A DNA stretch of 64,000 nucleotides from the human T2T-CHM13v2.0 reference genome, Homo sapiens (GCF_009914755.1 NC_060925.1), one strand, 5' to 3'; positions 1 to 15,111 are shown, counted from the stretch's first letter. Notes: generated from the sequence alone by a model not told the origin. Program-made: numbers and translations.

Positions 1-416
<416 letters not shown>

Positions 417-677
417 GGGAAAAGAACTAGAAACCACAATGAAAGACAAACGAATGGGTATGTTAAACAGCAGATTTAGCTAAAAAGAAAGATGATTAAC
501 TGAAAGATGGTTCCTAGAAGAAACGTCCGAGGAAATTACTCAGAATGCAGTCAGAAAAATTAAGAAATTGAAATGATGTAATAAAAGTCAAAATACAGGA
601 AGAATGGGCTAAGAAAATCCAACGTATGTCCAACAGAAGGGCAGCAGGCGAGGTTAGAGAGAATTAAAGGAGTAGAC

Positions 678-1222
678 ACTGTTGGCTACCTACCCAGCAA
701 CCATTCTCAGTTTTTTCTTAACTAGCAGACCTCTGACTTTGTCTGGTGTCCAACCCTCCTCCAAGTGCCTCAGAGAAGCCTGATCTTATCCCTAGTTCTG
801 GGATACAGATCCTGATTGGTCTAAACTAATCACTATGTTCCCTTTCTTCTTGCAGTTCTGGCAGTCGCCACCTGTAGTTAGGCAGGAGGAAAAGTCTTTG
901 ATGAGGGGAAGGGGGAAGATTTTTGGGTAAAGCTGCTTTGATCACACAAAGACACAAGGAAGATAAATCTCCCTAATGACCCTAGTGGCAAAGACAGAAA
1001 GGGAGCCTGGAGCTGTGGCAGTCGTCTTGAGACCATTAGGGATGCGAAGCCAACATGCTGAGCATGGCTGAAAAGAAAGGCTGGTCCTTGGGCTAATAAA
1101 TTAATAAATCCTGAAGTCACCTTTCTCCTGGCTTTTTGTTATGTGAAGTAATACATTTTTAAAAACTGTTTTTAAAGCTATTTTGAGTTGGGTTTCTGTT
1201 GCTTGAGCCAAACATATCCAAT
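678..1222 (+). mobile_element. MLT1 (ERVL-MaLR) LTR, old and diverged
   Basis: Resembles MLT1J/K consensus (ggagctgtggcagtcgtcttg, gttatgtgaagtaataca, gagttgggtttctgtt). Confidence 0.55.
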
Positions 1223-1676
1223 CTACTAGAGTTAACAAGAATTTAGAGGTATGATTGAACATTTTCTAGGATTAAAGAAATATCCTCAAATTGAAAGAGC
1301 ATATCAAGTTCTGAAAATAATTTTTTAAAAGCCTGTATCAAGACACATCATAATAAAAAATGAAAACACCAACATACAGAGAAATGGAAAAAACAATTTC
1401 ACCTATAGAGTAACAGTGAGATAAATAGTAGACTCTTCAACAGAAAAAAAAAAAAAGAGGCCAGAAAACAATGGAATAATATCTAAGGAAAGGAACCTTT
1501 GCCCTAAAGTTCTATAATATTCAAGAGAAGGTGAATATACTTCTGGGGTGAACAAAACCTGAATGGTTACTAATGACAACTCTTGAGTGATCTGCTTACA
1601 AATACATTTCATGAAGAAGAAAACAATCCAGAGATAAGAGGTAGGGTACAAGAATCAACTGTTAGAAAAAAATTTG

Positions 1677-2335
<659 letters not shown>

Positions 2336-3054
2336 AGCAAGCACACCAGTGACCTGCGAATCAGAGAGCCCAGAGTTGGCTTGCAGTCTTTAAGGCCTTC
2401 TGGTCCAATATTCCCCAGAAGACAGAGGAGGAATGTGGACCTAAGAGCTGCCCACCCAGTGAAATCCAAAATCCCAGTCTCTGCCAGGAGGTCTGGAGTA
2501 GCGAAGGCACAAGCCCCAGCAAATCCCTCAGGGTGTATCTTTAAAGAACAAGAGAAGTGGTTTGGAATGCCCCAGCCAGAGGAGGCTTCCTGGCAGGCAG
2601 CCAGCTTACCCAGGGCCCAACAAGCCAGGGCCCATTGAATGGAAACAAGCTCAAGTGTGACTCACATTTCTACTCTCTGGGGCTGTTCTGCTGCTAGACA
2701 CAAAGGTGCTTCAGAACTCCCACACTCACTACATCTTGCCCTGGCCAAGTAAATCACCTTGCACTGCTTCTCCGAGAAACATCTAGACAAAGGTTTTAAT
2801 AAACCTATCAGAAATTATCCCTGAGAAAGACAGCTGTCCCTCTCAGACAGGTCATCAGGGAAAGTTGATCACTAACTCATCCTTGCCACCACAGCTCAAC
2901 GTATTGTGGTCACTCCTCTTTTGGAATTGTCTTCAGTCTTCTTGTGCATTTCCAGAAATAGTAAATTGTCTGCTGGATTAGACCACTGGCAACGGCTTCA
3001 GGTCATTCAAAGCCAAATCTTATCACTCAAGTCAGTAATTAATACCATTTTGTA

Positions 3055-3480
3055 ATCAGTCCAAGTGCCCATCAATGATAGACTGGATAAAGAAAATGTG
3101 GTACATATGCACCATGGAATATTATGTACACATAAAAAAGAACGAGATCATACTCTTTGTAGGGACAAGGATGGAGTTGGAGGCTGTTATCCTTAACAAA
3201 CTAATGCAGAAACAGAAAACCAAATATCACATGTTCTCACCTATTAGTGGAAGCTAAATGATGAGAACACAAAGAGAGGAACAACAGGCACTAAGGCCTA
3301 CTTGAGAGTGGAGGGTGGGAGGAGGGAGAGGAGCAGAAAAAATAACTATTAGGTACTAGGCTTAGTACCTGGGTGACAAAATAATTGTACAACAAACCCC
3401 TGTGACATGAGTTTACCTATATAACAAACCTGCACATGTACCACTGAACTTAAACATTAAAAAACAAAAATAAAAAATAA
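3055..3480 (+). mobile_element. L1 3' end, older L1PA-type, 5' truncated
   Basis: ORF2 C-terminus (DWIKKMWYI..MEYY) plus L1 3' UTR (gggtgggaggagggagaggagcag, acctgcacatgtacc) and A-rich tail. Confidence 0.9.
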
Positions 3481-3744
3481 GGCAATACTAGGGTATTGAG
3501 ACAGGTATCTGTTGTGTTTTATAAACTGCTTTGCATGGTAATATCCAAGAAATAATTCCAGAAATGCCTTGAGCTTCAAGGACAGAATTACTACATCATA
3601 AGACTAGGTTCTTTCTATTATTTAATTGTGTAAATCTGGGTTATTTTGTGGTCTCATATTTTTACCTAAAACTCTTTCATTTTGATTGTCTTAAGGTGGA
3701 AATTTCTCCCTGATCATATTGCTGTTGCTCTGCACTTGTCAGAA

Positions 3745-4240
3745 GACTGTGTGGCCTAGTGGTTAAGAGCACAGATGCCAGCCAGGTGCTGTGGCTCACA
3801 CCTATAATCCCAGCACTTTAAGAGGCTGAGGTGGGTGGATCATGAGGTCAGGAGTTCAAGACCAACCTGGCCAATATGGTGAAACCCTGTCTCTACTAAA
3901 AATACAAAAATTAGCCAGGTGTAGTGACACATACCTGTAATCCCGGCTATTCAGGAGGCTGAGGCAGGAGAATTGCTTGAACCCAGGAGCCGAGATCGCG
4001 CCATCTGCCTAAGCAACAGGGTGAGACTCTGTCTCAAAAAAAAAAAAAAGGCACAGATGCTGAAGCCAACTGTCTGGGTTTGAAGCCCAGCCCATCCACT
4101 TTTTAGCTACATACGCCTAAGTAAAAGGGTTGCCTTCTGTGTCCTTGTCTGTAAAATGAGTATCATCTTCCTCTTAAGAGTTATTGTGAGCACTGAGTTC
4201 ATTTGTATAAAGTGCCTGGAGCAGCATCTGGTGCACAGTA
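3745..4240 (+). mobile_element. MIR interrupted by an Alu
   Basis: MIR-like ctagtggttaagagc...ctgggtttgaagcccagc...ctgtaaaatg. Confidence 0.65.
3780..4049 (+). mobile_element. Alu (AluS-type) with small right-arm deletions
   Basis: Alu sequence; TSD gcacagatgc on both sides. Confidence 0.93.
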
Positions 4241-5213
4241 ACATTTCACTGCAAGCCAGTGTTACCATTTGAAGAGTTTAACCTGATTTTACTTTGGGAA
4301 ATGACCCTTCATTTATTTCTGGCCTACCCTTTTTAAATTTTTAGGCCATGTGATTTGGGTGAAGCCATCATCACTTGCAGCTTTAGGGGTCAGCTCTTGA
4401 TCTCGGGTGGGCTAGAGAGTCTCACTGATGGGGCTAGGGATGCTCACATGACCCTAGGTCCGGGATTTTGTCCGGAAGCGTTGGAGGACAGGCTAGCTTA
4501 CCACAGGGCTGGCAGTGTGACAAAATACGAACCCAGGGTTGTAGCAGCTGGCCGTCTTTAACACTACATGGGAGGAGCTTACCAGCAAATAAAGCAGAGG
4601 ATGAGAGCACAGGGCAAAGGGGTGGATAGGTGGGGAGGACACAGGTGAATTCATCCACAAATGCTGATGAAAGGACTTAAGATTCTGAATCTTATTCTAG
4701 TTACATAAGACAGTCACTTTTTTCCTTCCCTCACACTAATTTTGCTGGGTTTCTATCACTTGCAACTTACAGAATCCTAATATTCTGATTTATCATGATC
4801 TATATAACACATGTCAAGACTCCACCTCTTTGGACACTGGTACCAGAAGCCTTCCCTTTGTCAAGTTTAGGCCAACTCAAGCACAGCTGTGCCTGCCTCA
4901 GCCTCCTCTTTTTCCTCCTCTTTTTGCCATGGGCTCCTGGGCCCTAGGAAGTAGACTCTCCTCATATGGAAGCATTAAGAAGCTCTTCACCCCCAGAGTG
5001 TGCCCCTTTAGGATCAGAAGATCTATGTCCCAGTTCACAAGCCACAGCAAGGAAAGTGAGACCTCCCCCATCTCCACAATACCCTTCATTTATGAGGACA
5101 TCCTAAGGGACAGCCTGAGAGCCTGCAAATCACAGGCCCGGGGTTACTGGCGGGGTGTGGTGGTCAGAAGGAGGCAGGTCCTGACGCCTCTCTAATGAGG
5201 GTCCCCGGGATAG

Positions 5214-5555
<342 letters not shown>

Positions 5556-6870
5556 TGAAAATAGTTTCTTTTATCATAAAAGTCTCTTCTGATATCCTTA
5601 AATCTGCCTGAGTGAGGCAGTGTTTCATTTCCTCCTCCACAGGCTCCTTTAGAGCAGAATGCACCACTCCATTGTCCACTCTGTGAATCCCACTATCAAT
5701 TCTTACGAAGAGCTGACCAGCCTGCAGCACTGGGACTTCCAGCTGCCCTCTTCTAAAGAAATCAAGTGCAAACAGGTAGGTACATAAGCTGTTCAAATAA
5801 ATTATCCTCCAGGTGAGGAAAATTCCTAAACACCACTTCCAACAAGTCCAGGTGAAATCACCCTGCTGCTCATCTGGCCATACTCTCAGGGCCCCTTTAT
5901 CTCAGCACCTCAAAGCACTTTACACACATCAGTCACTAACTGGGGCGGGGTGTGTGGTGGGGGTAGGGTTGGGAAGAAGGATCTAATAACCACCCTGTAA
6001 CTGAGATAAAGAAAGGGAACCCTACTCTCATTCCAACCACAAACCAGGCCACACAGCTCGTTGAGAGGCAGAAAGAGATCACGGGCTCCCTGGGTGTCCA
6101 CACCTATGTGTAAACAGCCAGGTGCAAAGGCTCCCTCCTGCCCTCCCTTCATCCTTCCCTGGCACTCACCTGAAAGTTGCCCCATAGATGGCAGGCACAA
6201 GGCGTGGCCTCTGCAACCCCAGGGGCGTGTACCCACCCAGCCAACGCAGAGTCTGTTGCAATGCACAGTGCTTTGGCCCTCTCCCCATCAGGGCACCACA
6301 AATCTAGGAATGTCTTTGTTCAAAACCTCTCATTTAACAAGTGCAGCAGGTCTGAGCTCTGATCTGCTTGGGAGAATGTACCAGGGAAAGGCAAAGAAGC
6401 TAGAGTCAGAACCCCAGATGGCCTATGGACTTCTGAATTCTGAATTCGCCAATGGGAGAGACCTGGCTTTGGTGCTCTCCACAGATACATGATCAACTTG
6501 AGCACCTCATTGCCCTTCACAACATCCTTCTGCAAATGCCACTGGGTTTGAGGTTCCTCTCCAGCTTCTGCAGCTGACTGCAACCCTCTCCACAAGGGCA
6601 TCAGCAGCAAGTCTATCAAATACTGTTCCAAATCCAAGCTCTTGGATTCTGGGTATAGATATTCCCAAGGCTCAGTCCTTAATCCATTCCGTTCTTCCTA
6701 TTAGATTCCTTGAGAATTTTATCATTTCCAGAGTATTGCTTAATTATTAACTAATAATGACAGTATTTGCAAAACGCAGTGCAATATATGACATACTATT
6801 ACACACATAATCTCATTTGATTTTCTGAATAACTTTTACAGGTAGGGATGACTTCTCCCCCTTTTTAAAG

Positions 6871-7119
6871 AGGCAGCATGACATAATGGTTAAGAGCATG
6901 AGCTCTGGAACTAGAAAGCCTGGGTTCCAAATCCCAGCTCTGCTACTTACTGCCTCTGTGGCCTTGACATGTTACTTAACCCCCCCCTGCATCAGTCTCC
7001 CCATCTGTAAAACAGGGATAATAGGAGTATCTACCTCATAGGGTTGGTGGTAGGAGTCAATGAATTAATATTTGTACTGTGCTTAGAACAGTGCTTAGTG
7101 CTACGTGTTTGTTAAATAA
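6871..7119 (+). mobile_element. MIR
   Basis: aggcagcatgacataatggttaagagc...aaatcccagctctgctacttac...ccccatctgtaaaacagggataat. Confidence 0.85.
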
Positions 7120-7809
7120 AATGGGGAAACTGAGGCTCAGAAAGGTAAGTGACTAGTTCAAGAGAACAGTAGGTATTAGCCCTACAACTTGGTCATGTGC
7201 CTGTGAGTCTATTGTTTATCTTCAATCCATCCATTCACCACAGCAGATGAGATGCTACAAGGTTGAGCCTCACTGTGTTGCAGACTCCTCACCACCAACC
7301 CCTTCCCAGGCCCTCTGCTGCAGCCAGCTGTGCCGCACTCTCCCATTTCCACTCTGCTTTTGCTTATTTGAAAGACTCTCCCTGTTTGTGGAATGAATGA
7401 AGATGTAGTAAGTATAAAGCATTTTATTGACCTATGGGGCTAATAATTTTATTTAAAAACAGAAAGAAACAAACAAATAAGTGGGGTAGAGAAGAGATTG
7501 AGGCTCAGAAACCACACAGACAATATATCAAGTCACAGATGACCCTGGATTTGGCAGTGATTTCTTATAGTTGACACCAAAGGCACAAGCAACAGAAAAC
7601 AAAATAGACAAAATGGACTTCATGAAAATTTTAAAATTTTGTGAATCCAAAGACACTATCAACAGAGTAAAAAGACGACAACCCACAGATCGGGTGAAAA
7701 TATTCGCAAATTATGTATCTGATAAAGGATAAATATCCAGAACATACAGAGGACTCCTAAAACTCAACAAGAAAAACACAAACAATCCAATTCAAAAACA
7801 AGCAAAGAG

Positions 7810-8232
<423 letters not shown>

Positions 8233-8673
8233 GTGTTAATAAAAGTTTTTAAATAGACAAATGACTTGAATAGACATTTTTCCAAAGAAGACGAGCAAAT
8301 GGCCAATAAACACATGAAAAGATGCTCAACATCACTAATGATTTAGGTAAATGCAAATCAAAACCACACTGAGATATCCAGGATGGCTACTATCAAAAAG
8401 AAAAGAAAAGAAAAAAAGCAAATGGTGAGGATGCAAAGAAACTGCAACCCTTTTACGCTGTTGGCAGGGACGTAAAATGGTACAGCCACTGTGGAGAATA
8501 GTATGGCAGTTCCTCAAAAAATTAAACACAGAATTACCATATGATCCAGCAATTCTATTTCTGTGTATACCAAAAAGAACTGAAAGCAAGGTCTCAAAGA
8601 GATATTTGCACACCAATATTCATAGCAGCATTATTCACCATAGCTAAAATGTAGAAGCAACCCAAATCTCCAT

Positions 8674-8792
8674 CATATATATATATATGTATACATATAT
8701 ATATACGTATATATATATATACACATATATATATACGTATATATATGTGTATATATATATATATATATACACATATATACATACGTACATAC
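8674..8792. repeat. (TA)n-rich microsatellite
   Basis: Interrupted tatata tract. Confidence 0.9.
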
Positions 8793-9129
8793 ATATTATT
8801 CAGCCTTAGAAAAGGAAGGAAATTCTGACATTTGCTGTAATATGGATGAAGCTTGGGGACATATGCTAAGTAAAATATGCCAGTCACAAAAAGACAACTA
8901 TTTCATGATTCTACTTACATGAGGTACCTACAGTAGTCAAAATCAGAAAGACAAAGTAGAATGGTGGTTGCCAGGAGCTGGATGGAGGGCAGAATGGGGA
9001 GTTATAGTTTAATGAGAATAGGGTTTCTACAAGCTAGAGACTTCTGCAGATGGATGGTGGTGATGGCTGCACGACAATATGAATGTACTTAATACCACTC
9101 AACTGTGCACTTAAAAATGGTTAAGATGG

Positions 9130-10437
9130 TAATATTTCTTGGCTCTGTGTCCCCACCCAAATCTTATCTCGAATTGTAATCCCCACATGTCAAGGGAGGG
9201 ATGCGCTGGGAGGTGATCAGATCATGGGGGTGGTTTCCCCATGCTGTTCTCATGATAGTGAGGGAGTTCTCACATTGTTTCAGTGGGTGCAAGCCCCAAG
9301 CCGTGGCAGCTTCCACGTAGTGTTGGGCCTGCAGGTACACAGAAGACAAGAGATGAGCATTGGGAACCTCTATCTAGATGTCAGAGGATGTATGGAAATG
9401 CCTGAATGTCCAGGCAGAAGTCTGCTGCAGGGGCAGAGCCCTCATGAAGAAACTCTCCTAGAGCAGTGCAGAAGGGAAATGTGGGGTTGGAGCCCCACAC
9501 GCTAGGGGCACTGCCTAGTGAAGATGTGTGAAGAGGACCACCATCCTCCAGACCCCAGAAAGATAGATCCACTGACAACTTGCACCATGCACCTGGAAAA
9601 GCCGCAGGCACTCAACACCAGCCCATGAAAGCAGCCACAGAGGCTGTACCCTGAAGAGCCACAGAGGTGGAGCTGCCCAAGGCTATGGGAGCCCACCCCT
9701 TGCATCAGCATGCCCTGGATGTGAGACATAGAGTCAAAGGAGATTTTGGAGCTTTAAGATTTAATGACTGCCCAGCTGGGTTTCAGACTTGCATGGGGTC
9801 TGTGGTCCCTTTGTTTTGGCCAATTTCTCCCATTTGGAATGGGAACATTTACCCAATGCCTGTACCCCCATTGTATTTTGGAAGTAACTAACTTGCTTTT
9901 GATTTTACAGGCTCATAGGCAGAAGGGACTTGCCTTGTCTTACGTGAGACTTTGGACTTGGACTTTTTGGTTAATGCTGGAATAAGTTAAGACCATGGGG
10001 GACTGTTGGGAAGGGATAATTGGTTTTGAAATGTGAAAAGGACATTAGATTTGGGAGGGGCCGGGGGAAGAATGATATGGTTTGGCTCTGTGTCCCCACC
10101 CAAATCTCATCTCGAATCATAATCCCCACATGTCGAGAGAGGGACCTGGTGGGAGGCGATTGGATCATGGAGGCGATTTCCCTCATGCTGTTCTCGTGAT
10201 AGTGGGGGAGTTCTCAGGAGATCTGACGGTTTTAAAAGTGGCAGTTTCCCCTAAGTGCTCACTCTCTCCTGCTGCCTTGTGAAGAAGGTAGTCACTTCTA
10301 CTTTGCCTTCTGCCATAATTATAAGTTTCCTGAGGACTCCCCCGCATGCAGAACTGTGATTCAATTAAACCTCTTTCCTTTATAAATTACCCAGTCTCAG
10401 GTATTTCTTTATAGCAGTGTGAAAATGAACTAATACA
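9130..10437 (+). mobile_element. THE1C/D-type MaLR provirus with internal deletion (partial 5' LTR, 3' part of THE1-int, complete 3' LTR 10073-10437)
   Basis: Two LTR starts (9130 and tgatatggtttggctctgtgtcccc at 10073), polypurine tract before 10073, LTR end taataca, 5-bp TSD gatgg at 9125-9129 and 10438-10442. Confidence 0.9.
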
Positions 10438-11378
10438 GATGGTAAACTTTATGTTATGTGTATTTTACCATAATTTAAAAATTTTGGAAAAAAAACATAT
10501 CTAGGCATCTTCTGTTTAACTTCTCTGTCCAAAGGGATTGGATGAAGGAAGCCAGCTATTTCCACAGCTTCTCACCCATTGTTAGAGATGAGAAGATCCT
10601 TAGAAAACATCTAGTCTAACCTCCTACTGTAGCAGATGAGGAAACTAAGACTTTGTCTGGCATTAATTATTGCTCTCAAGGGACTAATACAGCAGTGACT
10701 TCCAAGGCTGAACCCACTAAATAAAACCATTAATCATGCTGCACCCACCCCAGCAAGTGGAACAACTCCCCAGGTGACATGGTAAAACAGAATTCTACTT
10801 TTTGTGAATCAACCCCCTCTGCAGTTTTTGTTGCGGCATGTAGGAAAATGTGAAGCACATAATCCTAAGCAAAGCTGGGCTCTCAACCATAGACTGTCGG
10901 TGAATTTTTTAAAAGGGCAGCTGGCCTCTCTCCCAGTTCTCCATCTCCTATATTAAAAGCTGTCTTCACCCCTTCATGTTTCCCAGTCAGCACAGACAGT
11001 GGAGGTCCACGTCAACCTCCTAGAAAATCCACAAGCAACTAGCAGGACTCATGATGAAGACAGCTCACTCAGGGGAGAGTCTCAGGCCCCAAGAGTTAAG
11101 TGCTTCAGGAATAGAGAAGAAAAAACAGCTGGGGGTCCACACAGCTTTCTGTGACAGCTTTAGCAACCTGAAGATTGAGCAAGTCCTCATAGAAATCACT
11201 GTTTCAGCTGCACATTAGGCAGGGATTTTTCCTCTGGCAGCCCGCCGGCTGCCCCAGCCTCAACCACGTCATTCCCTCCGTGGGAGAGGGCAGAAATTCC
11301 AGCCCTTCCAGAGCAGGCTTGAGGAAGCCTCCACAGACACTGGCTCATGGCCATCCTGCCTGGAACTGGGCTCCCAGC

Positions 11379-11450
11379 AAATCCCTAAGGTGAAGCTGGG
11401 TCACAAAAGATCAGAACTACCCAAGGCTGTTCCAAGTCTGTTTGGCGCTG
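11379..11450 (+). repeat. 72-bp dispersed duplication, copy 1
   Basis: 70/72 identical to 13281-13352. Confidence 0.95.
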
Positions 11451-11559
11451 CTGCCAGAAGTGGCTGTGGTGCTTCAATAGGCAACTGTGCCAGGAGCCCA
11501 TGCTCAGATGGAGAGAAGCCAGTGCCACTCCCTGGAGCTCCAGACTCCTACCTCCGACC

Positions 11560-12470
11560 AAAATCTCCACCTGCATGTCACAGGCATTGCAAGACTGTGT
11601 CCAAAACCAGATTTTGAGTCTTTCACCTCTCAAGCTGCTCTTCCTGTGTTCCTCCTCATTCCACGCGTGCCATCCCATCCTTCCAGTTGTGCAGGCCCTA
11701 GACTACGGAGTCACTCCTGGCTCCTCATTCTCTTATGTCCTGGACTTAGTCCATTAGCAAATCTATTGGCTCTAGGTTTGAAAAGTATCCAGAATTCACC
11801 TATGTCTTACTATTCTCTGCTACCACCACTCTGGTCCAGGCTACATTATATCTTCTCTGGATTATTAAAATAGCTTCCCACGAATCTACCTGCTTCCACC
11901 CTTCCCCTTTTCTCAAAACAGCAACCACAGTGAGCCTGTTAAAACAGACATCAAAACAAGTCACGGCTTCCCTCAAAACCGTAAAAAGATTCCCATGTCA
12001 CACAGAGCAAGCCCAAAGTTGTTACCTCGACCTGCAGCTCCCTCCAGGGCCTGGCTCTCCATTACCGCTCCAATCTCTTAATAAAAATTACCTTTGATTC
12101 TTTCTACTCCAACGCACTAGCCTCCTCACTATTTCTGAAACCCATCAAGCATGCTTCCAGCTCAGGGGCTTTGCACTTGCTGTTTCGTATGCCCAGAATG
12201 CCCTTTCCCTTAACTCACCTTTTCAGCAGAGCCTTCCCCAGCCATACTATGTAACACTTCATACCCCCTCCAACACTTCCTGGCCCCATCCCCTTCTTTA
12301 CTTTTTGTCCTTAGCACATGTGTGTGTTCTTATTTATCTTGTTAATGTCTTACTCTTTCACAAGACTGTAGGTTCCATGAGGGCAAGGAAATTTTGGTCT
12401 GCAAATTTTCCGATCAGCACCTAGAAAAGTGCCTGGCACATTGTAGATGTTCAATAATTGTGATGAATAA
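11560..12470 (-). mobile_element. L2 (LINE2) 3' fragment
   Basis: L2-like ctctggtccaggctac, ctcaggggctttgcacttgctgtt, ccatgagggcaagg...gtgcctggcaca...tgaataaat. Confidence 0.8.
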
Positions 12471-12643
12471 ATATAGGAACAATGGGACACTAGACACCTT
12501 GACACACTAGGCATTTCTTGTTTACTCTGCAGAAGAGTAGCAGACACTATTCATTATCCAGCCAACATCCATTCTCCTCTTCTATCAAAAGAACCCTGAT
12601 TTCACGTGGGGTACCAAATGTGCCTACAAAAATATATGGGCTT

Positions 12644-12943
12644 GGTCCAGGAATGGTGACTCATGCCTATAATCCCAACACTTTGGGAGGCCAAGGCAGG
12701 AAAATTGCTTGATCTCAGGAGTTCAAGAGCAGCCTGGGAAACATAGCAAGATCTTGTATCTACTAAAAACCAAAGAAAGAAATAAAGAATTAGTCAGGCA
12801 TGGTAATGCACACCTGTAGTCCCAGTTAATCAGGAGGTTGAGGGAAGAGGATGGCTTGAGCCCAGAAGGTCAGGGTTGCAGTGATCTATGATTGTACCAC
12901 TACACCCCAGCCTGGGCAACAGAGCAAGACCCTGTCTCAAAAA
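12644..12943 (+). mobile_element. AluJ-type element
   Basis: ggaggccaaggcaggaaaattgcttga...ggatggcttgagcccag. Confidence 0.9.
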
Positions 12944-12947
12944 ATTA

Positions 12948-13010
12948 TATGTATGTATCTGTCTATCTATCTATCTATATCTATCTATATAGATATAGAT
13001 ATAGATATGC

Positions 13011-13064
<54 letters not shown>
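12948..13064. repeat. Compound (TCTA)/(TAGA)/(CA)n microsatellite
   Basis: Direct inspection; long uninterrupted CA run at about 13019-13064. Confidence 0.95.
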
Positions 13065-13066
<2 letters not shown>

Positions 13067-13280
13067 TTGTTTGCATGGAAGCTGGAGTGGCCATTAGACC
13101 CAGTCTGCAAAGTGGTGGAAAGCTATCCATTCTCCAATACAAAGGGACAGACTCAGCTGTGGCTTTTACCCTTCTCCTTTCCCTTTCTCCTGACTGGAAC
13201 TCAAAGTCAATGCTTGAAGGTGAACGTGAAGAGCCATTTTTTGACCATGTAGTTGGAAGTCCCATGCAATAGAAAGCAGA

Positions 13281-13352
13281 AAATCCCTAAGGTGAAGCTG
13301 GGTCACAAAAGATCAGAACTGCCCAAGGCTGTTCCAAGTCTGTTTGACGCTG
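13281..13352 (+). repeat. 72-bp dispersed duplication, copy 2
   Basis: 70/72 identical to 11379-11450. Confidence 0.95.
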
Positions 13353-14159
13353 AAGCAGCCCAAGCTACCTAATGAACTGTGAAGCCACTACACCCAGCCC
13401 CAGCTAGTCAACCCCTTTTTGGTTAAGTCCTGTAGCAGAGTTGCCTTCGCATGTTGTAAAAAGCAATCCTAACTTGACACACAGGTTGAAAGTGAGAAGA
13501 GAGGAGCTGAGGAAGGCAAACTGTGCTGTGATGAATATGATGATGCAGTCAGCTCAGCTGCTGGTAAGGATTGGTGCCACCACGTCTTCATCTGCCCATC
13601 TATCTCCTTCTCCCATCCACCCTGTCCCATTCTCCTCAACCCCCAGGGCAAACACTGCTGCAACCCTAACTTGTATCCCTTTTCCCATGATAACTCCAAA
13701 TAAAATCAAACGTTCTCATCATTGGAAGGAGAGGGTGTCCAGTTACAATTTCCCTTTCAAAAATGCACTAACACTCAAGCTAATCCTCAGGAAATGCTCC
13801 ATTCTAGATAGCTGAGTTTTCTGAATTGGTCGAGTTTTATTAATTCCACCTTAAACTACCCAAACTCTTTAAGCCTTTAAGCAAAATTCATGAAAATCTA
13901 TCACACATTTTTCTGTATTTTAAAATAAGGTATACAAAACATAATTTTCATAATAATTTGAGGTCATTAAATGCCAAGATACGTGGAATTTTGACTTGGG
14001 AAAAACCTTAGAGAGCAATTCTAATGGAAGCATTTTCTTTTGGAACCTCAGAGAAGGTTGTTAGCTTGCCCACAGTCACTCAGCTAGTGGGTTATCACAG
14101 TGAGCCATTATTATATGATCCAAAACACAGTGATTCCCTTAAGACTGGTAAAGGTCATT

Positions 14160-14518
14160 TATATGGTTTGGATATTTGTTCCCTCTAAATCCCATGTTGA
14201 AATGTGATCTCCAGTGTCAAAGGTGTGGCCTAGAGGTGTCTGGGTCATGGGGGCAGGCTTGGTGCCATCCCCATAGTAATAAGTTCTTGCTCTATGAGCT
14301 CATGCAAAGTGTGGTACTCCTCCCATTGCTCTCCCTCTCCCTCTCATGCTGTGTGGCATGCCTGATCCTCCTTTTGCCATGGGAGCCCTCACCAGAAGCA
14401 GATGCTGGCGCCATGACTCTTGTCCAGTCTGCAGAACCATTAGCCAAATAAACTTCTTTTCCTTATAAATTACCCAGCCTCATGTATTCCTGTATAGCAA
14501 CACAAAATGGACTAATAA
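14160..14518 (+). mobile_element. MST-type MaLR solo LTR
   Basis: atatggtttggatatttgttccctctaaatcccatgttgaaatgtg...ataaattacccagcctca...aaaatggactaata. Confidence 0.85.
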
Positions 14519-15111
14519 CCAGAATGTTCTCCTCTTACATCAAATGTGTATTGCATATTCTCTGTCTCCTTTTTATACTTTCTCCGTAATTTCTTTCAAC
14601 TTTCAGCTGCCCCCTTTTCCCTATAAAAGTATACTTATCTGCAGTTTCCCTTGTCAAGAGTATTAAAGGTCTGCATAAAGTAAAAGCTAATACTATCCTG
14701 AGGGAGGGCTTCAGTGCAAAGTTCTCTGAGTACAGACTCTGTCAGATACAAGTCATTTCCTCCTGTGCCTTTGGGGAGTGCTGATTTGTTCCAGGAAACA
14801 AAGACCCTTGAAATAGTCTAGGTCCCAGAATAGGATTTAATATGTTTTAAGCTGTAGGAGGGAAACTGCTGAATTTAAACAAAAATTTAAACAAGAATGT
14901 TGAGTCCTGTTGGATTTTATACCATCAGAAAGGCCAATATATAAGTGCAGACAAATACGTTTTATACTGAAAGACTTTCATTAGAATCTTTCAAAAGGCC
15001 AACTCCAGAAAATATGAATTTTTTTGAAGAGACCGTAGGTGTCAGTGCAGAAGATATTTGCACAGGCCTGCATAACATGTACAGTATCTTGACTATCTTG
15101 CTTCCCCCCCC

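Larger units (their letters stand above)
12518..13470 (+). mobile_element. MLT1-type LTR interrupted by an AluJ, a microsatellite and the 72-bp insert
   Basis: MLT1-like gagccattttttgaccatg, gtgaagccactacaccccagccc, aaaagcaatcctaact. Confidence 0.55.

Noticed and set aside
2338-2640. Open frames on both strands in unique sequence after the tailless Alu
   Set aside because: No recognisable protein and no paired splice sites; cannot be supported without conservation data.
5556-5796. Minus-strand open frame (RRGQLEVPVLQAGQLFVRIDSG...) as a coding exon
   Set aside because: A possible acceptor exists, but I recognise no protein family and see no clear donor, and the frame runs into an Alu.
6320-6637. 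105-aa minus-strand ORF
   Set aside because: Non-ATG start, weak splice signals and no recognisable similarity.
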